Shown one piece after another: positions 25,919 to 38,963 of a stretch of 53,077 bases of DNA. The stretch lies in assembly GCA_003427395.1 (NCBI GenBank), contig BFEA01000040.1:4029550-4082626 (forward strand). The letters run 5' to 3'. Both the position numbers and the translations under genes were made by a program. This DNA comes from Chara braunii. Its lineage: Eukaryota > Plantae > Charophyceae. The notes below the pieces were generated by a model that was not told the origin of the DNA, searched no databases, and saw nothing but the letters and a program-made list of their open reading frames with translations. Every line of letters begins with the position of its first letter. Within the stretch, counting starts at the first letter, position 1.

Positions 25919-26751
25919 NNNNNNNNNNNNNNNNNNNNNNNNNNNNNNNNNNNNNNNNNNNNNNNNNNNNNNNNNNNNNNNNNNNNNNNNNNNNNNNNNN
26001 NNNNNNNNNNNNNNNNNNNNNNNNNNNNNNNNNNNNNNNNNNNNNNNNNNNNNNNNNNNNNNNNNNNNNNNNNNNNNNNNNNNNNNNNNNNNNNNNNNNN
26101 NNNNNNNNNNNNNNNNNNNNNNNNTTTTTTTCCCCCCCCCCCCCCCTCCCTCGCGCGTTTCCCACCGCCAACACTGGCAAATATGCACACGCTGCACACG
26201 CTGCACACGCTGCATCCCCAACATCCTTCTCCTCCAGAAGCCCCTGCCTGCTTCCTTCCCCAACCTTCTCCTCACTGGACCACGTGCACTTCTCTCTTGT
26301 TGTCGCCGTGACATGCATACAAGTCCCTGGCTCCATCACTCGCCAGAGTACGACAAACCTTGAAATCGCGCGTTTTCCTCCGTCAAAACTGGCAAGAGAC
26401 GCTCGATGCTTTCCTCACATTTTACGATGTAAGGTTCCAACTCTCGCGAGTAAGAGATTTGAAACCCTCGCTAATTAGAGGTTCGAACTCTCGCCAGTTA
26501 CGTACCTACGAGATATCGAAGAGCCGCTCGTGCTACGTTAAATTTTGCTTCATCTATCGACAAAAGGCAGAGGCGAAATCACACTGGCACTACCATAAAT
26601 GTATCCAACCGCAATCATGGCGGGATCTGGATATATGTGACCGCAATTACGGCCAGGAACAAGACAGAAAGCACTAGTCTTCTGAGTATATGCCCTGACG
26701 AGCGCGGATCAACGGATGCTCAGCGCAGAAAACGAAGATAAACATCACAAA

Positions 26752-26785
<34 letters not shown>

Positions 26786-27393
26786 GAAAGAAGGAAAAAC
26801 TTGAAGACCGTTTCTGGAAATTTCTGCGTGCCATCATCCTTGATTGCTCAGGGGTAACGCTAGACGCTAGTTATCCTAATCTTGACCAGGCTCTCTGTAT
26901 CGTTCCAAATTGAACGGCTGCTGACATGTCCCAAAGGAAAAGGGCATCATCAAAGAACATAAGTCTCTGTCTTCATCCGTCCAGGGACGATAGTCGGGAT
27001 CTCGACTAAAGCCACTCAAAAAAAAACAGCCTCGTGAACAGGGGGGCGACCCACGTATTACATACTCGTATCTGTATTGAGGGCATTTTTCCGTCCGTAA
27101 GCATCGGTAATGACCTTGCAGGGCATTCTCTATTCGGGTGAAGACATCGCCTCCGATGCATCATAATTAATGGGAAACCTTCAGTCGACTGTCTACGTAA
27201 TCTACGTTAAACTCGAAAAGAATACAGTAATGACAGCGGACCCTCAGTCCTACAGTATTGAGGCTGAGCGATGGATGATTCGTCACTATACTGAGGAGGA
27301 CGTACATAGACTAGTACTATATTACACCGCTTCCCAGAAATGGGAGTTACAACCTTCAAAACGGGGACCAAAGCTCCACGCATGTGGCATAGC

Positions 27394-27458
<65 letters not shown>

Positions 27459-27917
27459 NNNNNNNNNNNNNNNNNNNNNNNNNNNNNNNNNNNNNNNNNN
27501 NNNNNNNNNNNNNNNNNNNNNNNNNNNNNNNNNNNNNNNNNNNNNNNNNNNNNNNNNNNNNNNNNNNNNNNNNNNNNNNNNNNNNNNNNNNNNNNNNNNN
27601 NNNNNNNNNNNNNNNNNNNNNNNNNNNNNNNNNNNNNNNNNNNNNNNNNNNNNNNNNNNNNNNNNNNNNNNNNNNNNNNNNNNNNNNNNNNNNNNNNNNN
27701 NNNNNNNNNNNNNNNNNNNNNNNNNNNNNNNNNNNNNNNNNNNNNNNNNNNNNNNNNNNNNNNNNNNNNNNNNNNNNNNNNNNNNNNNNNNNNNNNNNNN
27801 NNNNNNNNNNNNNNNNNNNNNNNNNNNNNNNNNNNNNNNNNNNNNNNNNNNNNNNNNNNNNNNNNNNNNNNNNNNNNNNNNACATCAACAAACACCTACT
27901 TCTGGGAGAGAGACGAC

Positions 27918-27962
<45 letters not shown>

Positions 27963-28493
27963 CACACACTCGCCAGCTCGCGGAGAGACGATTGCACGGC
28001 CGCTTTTCCCCGCTCCTTGGACCTGCCATCCCCTCTCGCTCTGCGCAGGCAGACGTACACACGAAGCCGAAGGCGACCTCGAACCCGGAACTAGACCGCA
28101 AAGTGAATAAATAAGTTACCCGCCATCTCTGACACGACTTGTTACAAACTCACTTTCGCGTCAGATCAAACAAAATTCCCAGTCCAAACGACCTTTCAAT
28201 CCCTCCGTCCCTCCCCCCCCCCGCCCCTTCTCTCTCTGTGTCTGTGTATGTATATAAATATGTTATTCTTCCAAAGAGACTGTGACACTACTTACCTTTC
28301 ACAAACTGCAATCATAAAGTCCTCTATTGCTGGTTAAGCAGAGTCAGTGTGTGTGACACTACTACTACTCCTCCAAAAGCGGTGACCACACAGGCCAAAA
28401 CTTGCTACGCTGCTGCCTCCTCGTTGGCTCGGCAGGTCAAGTCCGGAACGAGCGGTGTGATTTAATCAAACACTACTACTACCGCAAGATCAG

Positions 28494-28675
28494 TGGGATT
28501 CTGATCGGGATCGTCCTATCTTTCCAATCACTAGATTCTGATCGGGAGCGCGCCCAATACGTCCCGTACTTTCCTCCACCCCTTTCACTTACGCACCCCG
28601 CCGGGATCGCCCTGTCTTTCCAATCACTGGATTCTGATCGGGATCGGGCCCAATACGTCCCGTCCTTCCCTCCCG
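28494..28675. repeat. ~95-bp tandem duplication downstream of the TBC gene
   Basis: GGGATCG.CCT.TCTTTCCAATCACT.GATTCTGATCGGGA...CCCAATACGTCCCGT occurs twice. Confidence 0.85.
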
Positions 28676-28737
28676 CCATTTTCCGTCACGTCCCCCATTT
28701 TTATGAACTCGAAAATATATCTGTCCTCCCCCTCACC

Positions 28738-28819
<82 letters not shown>

Positions 28820-28915
28820 GTGTGTGTGTGGCGCGCGAGCGCGGAGACGGACAATCACCCTCCAATTTTCCAAAACTGGCGATATGTCTGCTGGCAGATG
28901 TGCGCGCGCAAGCGC

Positions 28916-29953
28916 TCACCTGAAGGGGACTGGATGAGGGGAGCTGGTGGGGCCTTCTCCCCTTCTGCTTTCTCTGCTTCCTGTGGGGCAGCTAGCTATG
29001 GCGTTGAGAGGGTGGACGCGGCATTTTTCAAGCCTCTCCTCGAGTTCTGTGATAACGGCGGGCTGTTGGTACCTCCTCTTCCTCCTGATCGAACTCATGG
29101 GCAGCGAGCCTATCTGGTCAAAAGCCACCTTAAGAAGAGCGTCGGCGTCGAACGCTCTGGATGTGAACTCCTGAAGCAAGCTGACGACGTCACCGACATT
29201 CATCAGCTTCATGATCTGCGGCTCATTCAGCTTGAAGATGGCCAGCGCCACTCGGAACAACACCTTCGCTCCCTCGTTGAACAGCACATCCCATAACCTC
29301 ATCGCCATCTCCGTCGGGAAGCTCTTCGCAAACAAGCACAAGAACCACTCCGTCGTTACGAGCCCCACATCGAAGCCGATCAGCTTCAGATGTGTCGACA
29401 GCTTGGGCAGTTTCTTCCACAACAGGTCCTTGAGTACTCTCTGCTCCACGTGGCAGCCCAGCAGGTTCTCAGAGTAGCAGTCCGTTAACAGCAGCTCCTC
29501 GAGCAGCACAGTCAGCACCCAGAAAGCGTCTTCCTCTGACCGTAACACCACCAACAAGTATGCAGCCACATAATTCATCCCTTGGCAGTAACCAACGGAA
29601 GTCTCTCTCCAAGAGTAGGCAACGAGAATCCGTCGAAGTGACCTCAAAGCGGCCTCCGTGTCGAGCCAAGGGTGGCCAGGGAAAGTGCGTCGGAGATCGT
29701 TGTCGATCTGTCGCGTCGCCGCCGTCTCTCTTCCCTCCATCTCTCGAAGCAACGACTGGTAGTAGTCTGGCGGCATGGATGCTTTCTTCCTCATAGCCCC
29801 CGAGCAGGTCTTCCAAACCTCAGGTCGTAGCCGGGCAGGCACACCCTTTCGAACCATCTTCTTCACCCTTGTATTATGCCGGAAACACACTGCCGCCGCC
29901 TTGAACTTCAGCTTCAAACCTGCTTTTCGAGTGGATGACAGCTCTCCTCCTCC

Positions 29954-29985
<32 letters not shown>

Positions 29986-30478
29986 TTCCTCCTCCTCTTT
30001 CTCCTCCTCCTCCTGTTCCTGGTACAGTTACTTCTGCTGATCGTGTGACTGAAGTTCCGTCATCTGGTAGTGGACCAGGCTCGGAACCTGGTCCGGGCCT
30101 TGGTCTAAATACCGATCCGCATAGCAATCGCGAAGCCGCACTCTTGTACCAGTGAGGGCCCTGGATTGCTTCTATGGCGTCCCACAGCTTGCCTGTCTCG
30201 CTCGTACGCTGCTCCACTTCACGTATAAGAGCCGCGTCCGCTGCTGTCACCTCCGCTCTGAAGCCATAGCCATCGGTGACAGAGATCCTGTTCGTCTGAG
30301 AGCAGACAGGAGAGGATCCTTGAATCTTCACCGACAGGGGCGGCCGCCGAGGACTACCCCTCCAACAGCCTCGGAGCCCTGCTATTTGTCTTTCCATCGT
30401 TTCGCCCTCCATCGCTGCTTCTACTACCACAGCTCCTGCCACTGCCGTCCCTCCTCGTATTTCTACCTGAGCGGGCAT
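28916..30478 (-). CDS. TBC-domain Rab GTPase-activating protein (plant GRTP1-like family), intronless, 520 aa
   Basis: Arg finger RQIDNDLRRTFP, Gln finger GYCQGMNYVAA, KGVPARLRPEVW, TEWFLCLF, RLWDVLFNEG, N-terminal DGYGF; start taken at the first ATG after the (GA)n tract. Confidence 0.93.
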
Positions 30479-30517
30479 GGCTCTGCTCGATCTGATCCTC
30501 TTCTTTACCACATCACC

Positions 30518-30605
<88 letters not shown>

Positions 30606-32507
30606 CTAACAAGGCATTTTCCCAATCGGGATAGTCCTATTAGGCGCCCTGCTGATCATCACCGAAAGGAGAGGAAGAAAAAACAAGAAAAATATAGAGA
30701 GGAATGGACCAAAAAAATACAAGAAGGGACCAAAAAAACAAGAAAAAGAGAGCAAGAAAATGAGAGCAAGAAAAAAATATAGAGAGGAAGGGACAAAAAA
30801 AAAAGAAAAAAGAGGACGAAATGAAGAGGAAACAAAGTGGGCGAGAGCGAGAGAAAGGAACCGGCAATCGGACTAGACAAAAGGGGCTTAGTCTTACCGA
30901 CTCGTTCCCCCTCGTGCTTGTCTTCTTCTCTCTGACCGCTTCCCCCCCCAAAAAAAAACAACCACCTCCCTTCCCCCCTTACCCCTCACCTCCCCCTTCT
31001 TATATACCTCCTCCACTGAGAGACTGGCACCTCACACTGCGAAAATTGCAGAGTGAGAACTGCGACATCGACGATGACGAAGAAGCCATTAAAAAAAAAA
31101 AAAAAAACAAGAGCATACACGCTCTTCCTCCTCCCCTACTCTACTCTCGCCTTTCCCCTCCTCGTCCCCCACGCATCTAAACACTTGTGGGGTTTTTTTT
31201 CCCGTCTCAGGGGAGAACTAGGATCGCGGGCAGCCCTGCAATGCGCTACCTCGAGACTCGAGAACCAGTTTTTCACCAATTGTTATAACTCCCATTACTC
31301 CGACTTCGCCTCCACCATATTATCAACTCCATTTTCGACATCGCTCTTAAGCTTCCTCTCTCGATTCTTCTTGGTACACTTATCTGGTGGCATTACGATC
31401 CTGCTACTACGGCATAGCAGCAGGTCGTTCTACGAAGCCGCACGTCCTCACGTCCACCATGGCCACGTCCAACATGGCCACACGTTCTGACGTCTCCCTC
31501 CCAATACACACCGGCCAGCTGCAGTAAGCAGACCACCCTCCTCCCTCACTTTTCCGCCAATCAACTGTACCAACNNNNNNNNNNNNNNNNNNNNNNNNNN
31601 NNNNNNNNNNNNNNNNNNNNNNNNNNNNNNNNNNNNNNNNNNNNNNNNNNNNNNNNNNNNNNNNNNNNNNNNNNNNNNNNNNNNNNNNNNNNNNNNNNNN
31701 NNNNNNNNNNNNNNNNNNNNNNNNNNNNNNNNNNNNNNNNNNNNNNNNNNNNNNNNNNNNNNNNNNNNNNNNNNNNNNNNNNNNNNNNNNNNNNNNNNNN
31801 NNNNNNNNNNNNNNNNNNNNNNNNNNNNNNNNNNNNNNNNNNNNNNNNNNNNNNNNNNNNNNNNNNNNNNNNNNNNNNNNNNNNNNNNNNNNNNNNNNNN
31901 NNNNNNNNNNNNNNNNNNNNNNNNNNNNNNNNNNNNNNNNNNNNNNNNNNNNNNNNNNNNNNNNNNNNNNNNNNNNNNNNNNNNNNNNNNNNNNNNNNNN
32001 NNNNNNNNNNNNNNNNNNNNNNNNCACAATGACTGCCTCTTATATCCACAACAGCGTCGCCAACAATGGGATGTCAAGGCTGCAATCGAACTTCCGGACA
32101 GTCTCACTTCGTCAGCCAGAGCGACAATGACATCTTCTCTTCTTGGGCAGAATTCTCACGTCGTCTTCAGACACCCACACTCCGTCTTCTTCACCTCCTC
32201 CAAATGGTAACGAGGCGATGGTCATGCAACCCCCCCACAGAATTTCACACAAGTCTCGGGGGATCGCGCAATCATTTTGCAGAGCGAGAAGCAATCTAGG
32301 GAGAAAGCAGAGCAGAGAGACGATTTTCATTATTGCCCCAACACTCCTCAATCCGTCTTCTTCTTCAACCCCATACTTCTTCTGCCAATGCTGCTGCTTC
32401 TCCTGATTCTCTCCCCTCTCCTTCCAAAGCAAATGTGCCACAGAGAGAGCGACAGAGCGACAGAGCGAGAGAACGTGTGAACGAGCGAGCGAGCGAGCGA
32501 GCGAGCG

Positions 32508-32581
<74 letters not shown>

Positions 32582-33410
32582 GGGTATGAGTGCACCCTGG
32601 AAGACAGTACTACGCTTCTACAATGGCGAGAATTGCCAACCAGGATCGCACCAAGTAAACTCCATCTATTGCCTCAACTGCTCTAGTACGTGTGTTTGTG
32701 TACGTGTGTTTGTGTACGCGTGTGCGTGTATATGCCTACGTGTACCACAGAGGGAGACAGAGAGACAGAGAGAGGGAGGGAGAACGAGAGAGCGAGCGAG
32801 AGATAGAGAGAGACTGTTGGGTAAGAAGAGGAGAGGCAGCTGTTGCAAATTGTCGGTCTGTGTGCGCGCGGGTGTGCATCGTCACTTCCGCATGCGTACG
32901 TGCTTGCAAAAGTAGGTACATGTGTGTGTGTGAATGGGTAGGTAGATGAGATCTTGCGAGAGAGCGCAAGCACGTTTGCTGGCGCTCCCTTCCGGCCTTC
33001 TGGACTTCTGGACTTCCAGTTGCAACGGTCAAAGCTTCACTTCCTGCTATCGGCAACGGAAGGGACATTACAGCGAAGATGTCCTGGTATCGTTACTACA
33101 CGACAAAAAGTACGCCATAGAGTGAGACAGTTAATCGATCCTCGTCTCCCATATTTCTCCCCCACTCCATTGCCACTGCTCGCCAAATGAATCTTCCGCT
33201 AGAACATGGGAAGTATACACCGCCATGTTTTCGTCTGTTGAGCATGTGGTGAGCACTGGGAGTACTGGGACGAGGTCCATACACTCCCTCTCCGTGCGCG
33301 CACAATATTGAACCGAACAAAGAACTGGAGAGAGAGAGAGGGAGAGAGAGGGAGAGAGAGGGAGGATGTGCGTGCGTGTGTGTGCGTGTGTGTGTGTGTG
33401 TGTGTGCCCG

Positions 33411-33455
<45 letters not shown>

Positions 33456-33903
33456 ACTCGGTGGAACGGCTGAGCAGGAGTAGAGACATCCTGCTTTGCG
33501 TCAAAATGTCGTGCGGCTTGTTCCTGGTTATCGTCATTTTTCTGCCACTGCGGGGGTAACGATTGGCGCAGTTTTAGACCCCCCCCCAACTAAACTTGCA
33601 CATTTCGAAACAAACACCATGCCACTGGCGCCACTTTGTCTTTTCTTGCCTATTCCCCCCTAAAAGTGTGTCCCCTTCAATCTTTTACAGGCAATTTTTT
33701 TATTGTTTTATTTTTGTTTCCTTTAATTATTATTAGAAACCATGCTTTCAGTACAAATATTTTTTTTTTTTTTTTTTTTCGAAAAAATGCATTCAATTTC
33801 ATTTTCAGTACAAATAAACGTCGTCGTCGTCGTCTTTTCCCAAAAAAAAAAAAAAAGACACGTCGAGGCCGGGAATCGTCACAAACAACCCGGCGAAAGA
33901 CCC

Positions 33904-34071
33904 GGGCCGAGGTCCCAATAGCAAAGAGGATTGGATTGAGCTCCTGAATCTGGACGTGTTTCAACCAGATATTCATAAAAGCAGTTCAAGCTCGATACTC
34001 TGCACCTTTGCACAAAAGCATCCAGATTCGGGCGTTCAATCCAATCCTCTGCGCTAGTGGGACCTCGGCCC
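33904..34071. mobile_element. Harbinger-type foldback MITE (TIR GGGCCGAGGTCCCA)
   Basis: inverted arms; related to 35464. Confidence 0.8.
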
Positions 34072-34232
34072 TGGGCCCATTACCCAGTGTCGGTATCGGC
34101 TTGTCGTGGGAAAAAAAAAAAAAAAAACTTGAAGCACCAAAAAGGTGGGGTAGCAAAACCCCCCCTGTGTGACAGCCACTGTATACTTCCTTATATCCTA
34201 TTGACTGGGCTGTCTCCGGTCTAAAATTCCTG

Positions 34233-34329
34233 GGGCTAGGTCCCACTTACACGAATTAAGCGATATTGATTGTAGATAGCAAAGATCAACGGCCAGAATC
34301 TCTTAATCCGTGCAAGTAGGACCTAGCCC
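34233..34329. mobile_element. Harbinger-type MITE (TIR GGGCTAGGTCC), CTG TSD
   Basis: CTG on both sides; homologues at 47404 and ~22780. Confidence 0.85.
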
Positions 34330-34376
34330 CTGGTTTCTGTGCCAAAGGTTGCCATGCAGTCTATGACGCATACGCA

Positions 34377-34499
34377 GGGCATGGCCACACCACTGTCGAA
34401 ATGTGCAAAATGAGCATGAACTTCCTCCTAGAACATGGCCAGGTGCACTGGCCACATTTTTTGTCTTTTTCACACTTCCAGAGTGGTGTGGCCACGCCC
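34377..34499. mobile_element. Harbinger-type MITE (TIR GGGC.TGGCCACACCACT)
   Basis: family with 39476, 47038, 50976; partial copies at ~9640-9710 and ~45460-45508. Confidence 0.8.
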
Positions 34500-34858
34500 T
34501 CAGTCATGTGTATCTGAGAACCAAGGTGTATCTGAGAACATGGCCAGGTGCTACTGCTGCATAATGTAGGGCATCGTCAGTACGATCGCACAGGGGCAGC
34601 TGTGAATTAGCTGCGCTCAGCCAGAGTTTGCTGTTGGGAGTGGCGGAGGTGGGGAGGCATTAGAGCCGGTGGGCGCTGAGGCGGAGACCGCTTCGAGGGG
34701 GGCACAACCATGCACCTGCCATAGCCTAATCTTGGCCGACGAGAGTTGGTAATCCTAGACTGACCGTGGAAGGAAAGGGAGAGATGTGGGGTCGGTCAAC
34801 GGGCAGGATCTGTGCATCATATATACCAGTACCAGTATTATCACCTGATCAGGGGCTT

Positions 34859-35122
34859 TGCCCTCTGATTATAGATACGGTCCGGGAGCACTATTGCATT
34901 GTCGTAGCGGATGCAGTTTCACCTGGGCGAAGAGCTGGAGATGAAGAATGAGAGTACATCAACAAACACCTACTTCTGGGAGAGAGACGACGAACTGCCC
35001 TCTGATTATAGATACGGAGCACTATTGCGTTGTGGTAGTGGATGCAGTTTCACCTGGGCGAAGAGCTGGAGATGAAGAATGAGAGTACATAGACAAACAT
35101 CGACTTTCGGGAGAGAGACGAC
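34859..35122. repeat. ~135-bp tandem duplication
   Basis: two copies of TGCCCTCTGATTATAGATACGG...GGGAGAGAGACGACG. Confidence 0.9.
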
Positions 35123-35340
35123 GGACTGCATACTACCACGACTGGTATCACCCATCGTGACTGTTGCTGACAAAGGGCTTCAAGCTGCGACCGGAGTTGT
35201 CCTGTCCACTGCAACAGGTGATGAGTTTCTTTTCAGCAAGGCTGGGGTTGTGTACTAGCTGTTTAAGTCAAGTCCAAAAGAAATCGCATTGCAGAAATTG
35301 CATTGCGGAAAGAACAGAAGGACCAGAACATGAGGCCAAG

Positions 35341-35412
35341 CGGCCTAGCTCAGTTGGTCGAGCGCAAGAGAGGCGTTCGGGACGTTGTGGGTTCGATTCC
35401 CCACAGTCCCCA
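35341..35412 (+). mobile_element. tRNA-like SINE head
   Basis: TAGCTCAGTTGG A box, GGTTCGATTCCC B box; acceptor and anticodon stems not intact. Confidence 0.7.
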
Positions 35413-35463
35413 ATCAAGCCCCCACACCTCCTGAGGCGCGCTGCAGGTTCACCAGCTGAGATA

Positions 35464-35612
35464 GGGCCAGATCCCACAGGCAAAGAGGATTGGAATAAGT
35501 GTCTGAATCTGGACGTGTTCCACACAGATGCAGAAAAGTAGATTGCACTTGTACAAAAACCCGTCCACATTCGGACACTGATACAATCCTCTTTGCGAGT
35601 GGGATCGCGCCC
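35464..35612. mobile_element. Harbinger-type MITE, ATA TSD
   Basis: ATA|GGGCCAGATCCCAC...GTGGGATCGCGCCC|ATA. Confidence 0.85.
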
Positions 35613-35878
35613 ATAGTCAGCTTGTCGCTCCTGGTTGTTTGGTGGGGAATGCCACCCGTTGCCAGGGGTTAGGTTCAACTTGAACCCTGAAGGGGATAGG
35701 CTCAACCCTCAAGGGATAGGCTCAACCCATAACCCTTAGTGCAGCTCGCCGCTGGAGGGTAGATCAATGCGTATATCATTCCTAGTTAGATAGATGGTGG
35801 GGATATATTGAGAGAAGAATATAGATTCACTTTTAAAAAAATAGAAAAAGAAAGAACCAAAGCATGGGCTTGACTGAC

Positions 35879-36028
35879 GCTCGACCCGCTTTCCAGCAGG
35901 TGATGCTCCCCACCAATAGATGGAGCCTCTCCCCAAGTGCTAGTGGTCACGGTGTCTGCTCTTATCAGCACCACTAACACTGGTGGGGGTGTGTCTTAAA
36001 ATTAAAAAAAAAAAAAAAAAAAAAAAAA
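35879..36028 (+). mobile_element. GGGAC three-hairpin element with poly-A tail and 7-bp TSD GACTGAC
   Basis: GACTGAC at 35872-35878 and 36029-36035. Confidence 0.8.
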
Positions 36029-36264
36029 GACTGACAGTCAATCCTTCCATCGGGAGTAACCAAAGCTGTTACAAGGGGAAGCGGATTGTTCTACCTCACT
36101 TCTCTTTAGTTTTTTGTGGATCAGGATTCCACAACCTCCCTCAGTCCCTTCTGCTGGTGCCCAGACCTGCGGACCAGTCCACCAGCCTTGGATCTCATTT
36201 ATCCTCACTTCTCTTTAGCATTATCGTCATTCTCATTATCATCATGATCATCATCATCATCTGA

Positions 36265-36333
36265 GGGACACTGGGCCCGGTTTTCAGCATGTTCTCTCTG
36301 GTTACTCCGGGTAGACTGTGAGGACCCCGACCT
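36265..36333 (+). mobile_element. GGGAC-head variant (short)
   Basis: matches 9826-9950 head and tail; A-run follows. Confidence 0.65.
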
Positions 36334-36880
36334 CAATTTTCTCAAAAAAAAAAAAAAGAACTCACTTCCTGGTGGAATAGGAACTGGACTGATGCTCTCC
36401 CTGAAATGGATATGCTGCCGGCGGGTTCATTAAAAAAAAAAAAAGGATGGAATGTGCATGTTGAGATTTGTGTCGGCACTTCTGGGAGGTGGATTCATCC
36501 AGGGCTACTGTAGGCAATTGAAAGTCTTTTTATTCTGTTATTTGAATGAAGGCGGGACAGGGGCTACGTTGGCAGGGGGATAAGAGCCTCCCCCCCAAGT
36601 AGCCCTCCCTTAGCTGTTTATGTAGGCCTGCGGCTTTCGTTGCTGGCCCAGGCCCGATGGAGATCCTCTTACCCTGTACGCCAGTAAAAGCACTTCTTAG
36701 GCCATGTGAACTGGTGGCGTAGGCAAACTGCCAGTTTCCAAGCAGGTAATCCTCATAGTCATTCTTACAAAACATATCCGTATACGGTCTGTAGGTCCTT
36801 TTTCCTCTCCTCTGTGCATCAGACACACACACACACAGGCAGTCAGGCGTGTCAGAGAGAACTGCATTCGCATCTAGCAT

Positions 36881-36939
<59 letters not shown>

Positions 36940-37009
36940 NNNNNNNNNNNNNNNNNNNNNNNNNNNNNNNNNNNNNNNNNNNNNNNNNNNNNNNNNNNNN
37001 NNNNNNNNN

Positions 37010-37064
<55 letters not shown>

Positions 37065-37110
37065 CAGTCAGGCATGTCAGAGATGGAACTTCATTTGCAT
37101 TGAGCATTGG

Positions 37111-37160
<50 letters not shown>

Positions 37161-37316
37161 CTAGCCCATGTGGCTGAATGCTACACCCGAGAACTGCTGA
37201 TATACGGACCTGAGTTTGAATCCTGATGGGATCAGATTAATAAAATAAGTCTGAATCACCTAGGGCCAGTCACCTCGATGATAATACCTCAAGGCCGTAG
37301 GATTGCCCTTTTTCAA

Positions 37317-37466
37317 ACCACCAGTACTTCCTAGAGTAGTGCCGGTTAACGCGCCACGATGTTAGGAAACGTACGGGCTACTACAGGTGCGGCCAAATTC
37401 ATCCGACTAGAAACATTTCTACTTTTTTTTTTTCCGCGGCCTATAGCTGGGCCAAGTACTGGTTGT
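37317..37466. mobile_element. TTAA-targeting MITE
   Basis: TCAA|ACCACCAGTAC...GTACTGGTTGT|TTAA; inverted homologue of 5069. Confidence 0.85.
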
Positions 37467-37610
37467 TTAAGGAAAAACAGAGAGAGGGAAAGAAAAAAAA
37501 GAGGAGCCCCACCTTTCTTCACATGTGCTTGTGACCAACCCACAGACAGAATAATGGCCCTCTACCCAGGACCTCTGAGCCCAATAAAATCCAAGAACTG
37601 AGCTCTGCAA

Positions 37611-37642
<32 letters not shown>

Positions 37643-38231
37643 TATATATATATAATATATACATATATTATATACATATGACGATATATTTGTGACCATA
37701 TATATATATATATAATTTTGTTTTCCCTCGGAAAATCTGAAATGTCAAAGTGCTTGACTGAGCACTCACCCATGCTGGCCTCAGGAGGTAGCAGGAGGAG
37801 GAGCCTTGGGCCGATCCACAGTCTGCAACACAGGCCCATCATCAAAGGAATGTTCACAAAATCCACGGAAACAGCATAAAATCATAAACACCATTATATA
37901 AGTATCATTTAGTATGAACTTCCAGGGAAAGTCCCGACATTAATTTACTGACAACAAGAAGGAAGCATCTGCCACCATAAATGCCAAATCTTTTCCTTTT
38001 CTTTTCTTTTCTTTCATTCTCACTCTCTCCTCCCCTTTCTTCTTCTCTACCTTTCTTTTCTTTTCCAAAGGGCGATGGCCTTGAGGTATTATCATCCATC
38101 ATCCAACTGACCAGTCCCAGGTAATCTACAAGTATTACAAGTATTCTATATCATTTGCCTACTAGTAGGTACTGACCAGCCCCACAGGTAATCTACACGT
38201 CTTCTATATCATTTGCCTCCCGCAGTAGTTA

Positions 38232-38368
38232 GGGCATACTCACAGTTGGCCCTCAAAATCACAAAATCGCAAAATGAGCGGCCAGATCAAGTCCTTCGTT
38301 TACAAGGACTTGATCTGGCCGCTCATTTTGCGATTTTGTGATTTTGAGGGCCTACTGTGAGTATGCCC
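38232..38368. mobile_element. near-perfect palindromic Tourist-like MITE, TTA TSD
   Basis: ~65-bp arms with a single mismatch; TTA|GGGCATAC...GTATGCCC|TTA. Confidence 0.92.
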
Positions 38369-38684
38369 TTACTGATCAACATGCTTTTAGGACATCAGGC
38401 CCCATTGTGCACGCAGGGCTTTAAACCGGCACCCTCAGCCACCGGAACCAAGTCCCATAACCACTACAACCCTTGAAGGTGTTATGAAAGCCCGATCCAT
38501 ACGATTCCTGTTATCCAGCCCACCCCCAGGGTGTAGCGTCCTTGAACTCGCACCACACACCACACCACACCACAATCGAGACACTCAGCTCAGCCAGCAC
38601 ACGACCCTCCGCCGCTACTTCACCCGGGCACTCTTCCACGGGCGCCTCACAGCCGGGTGACAGCCCTAGTAGTTTGTAGTACCA

Positions 38685-38789
38685 CCGTCTTCCCCCGAGC
38701 ACAACGCACCCTCATTATGGCTGCACCGGACCAGAAAGATAGCTTGCATACATTCATTATCAGGGTGCGTTATGTTCGGGGGAAGAGAG
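38685..38789. mobile_element. pogo/Tc1-mariner-like MITE
   Basis: homologous to 51310 and 24190. Confidence 0.8.
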
Positions 38790-38878
38790 TAGTAGTTCCT
38801 AGTAGTTCCATTTGGGTTTGAACTCACCTCCCAGGTAGTCTAGAAGTATTTGATGTCATCAGCTAGTAGTTTAATTTG

Positions 38879-38942
38879 GACTCGAACTCACGTCGGAATT
38901 TCAACAGTCCATGGTCACGGTGGACTAATTGAGCTAGGCCCA
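38879..38942 (-). mobile_element. degenerate tRNA-like SINE head
   Basis: minus strand GGCCTAGCTCAATTAG...GAGTTCGAGTCC. Confidence 0.5.
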
Positions 38943-38963
38943 TGCGTATTGTTCAAATTTTAA

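Noticed and set aside
26360-27395. Short ORFs of unknown function (also 42975-43541 and ORFs spanning N gaps or microsatellites)
   Set aside because: No recognisable motifs, and no supportable start or splice structure.
30479-30625. N-terminal poly-ER extension of the TBC ORF
   Set aside because: Non-ATG start and translation of a (GA)n microsatellite; likely 5' UTR.
35879-35981. Canonical hammerhead or HDV ribozyme in the GGGAC element
   Set aside because: Minus strand has CTGATAAG...GAAA..GTC, but these lie within other stems and vary between copies (GTC to GCC). The HDV-like P2 pairing GGTGCTG/CAGCACC is not kept in the 6353 and 49662 copies.
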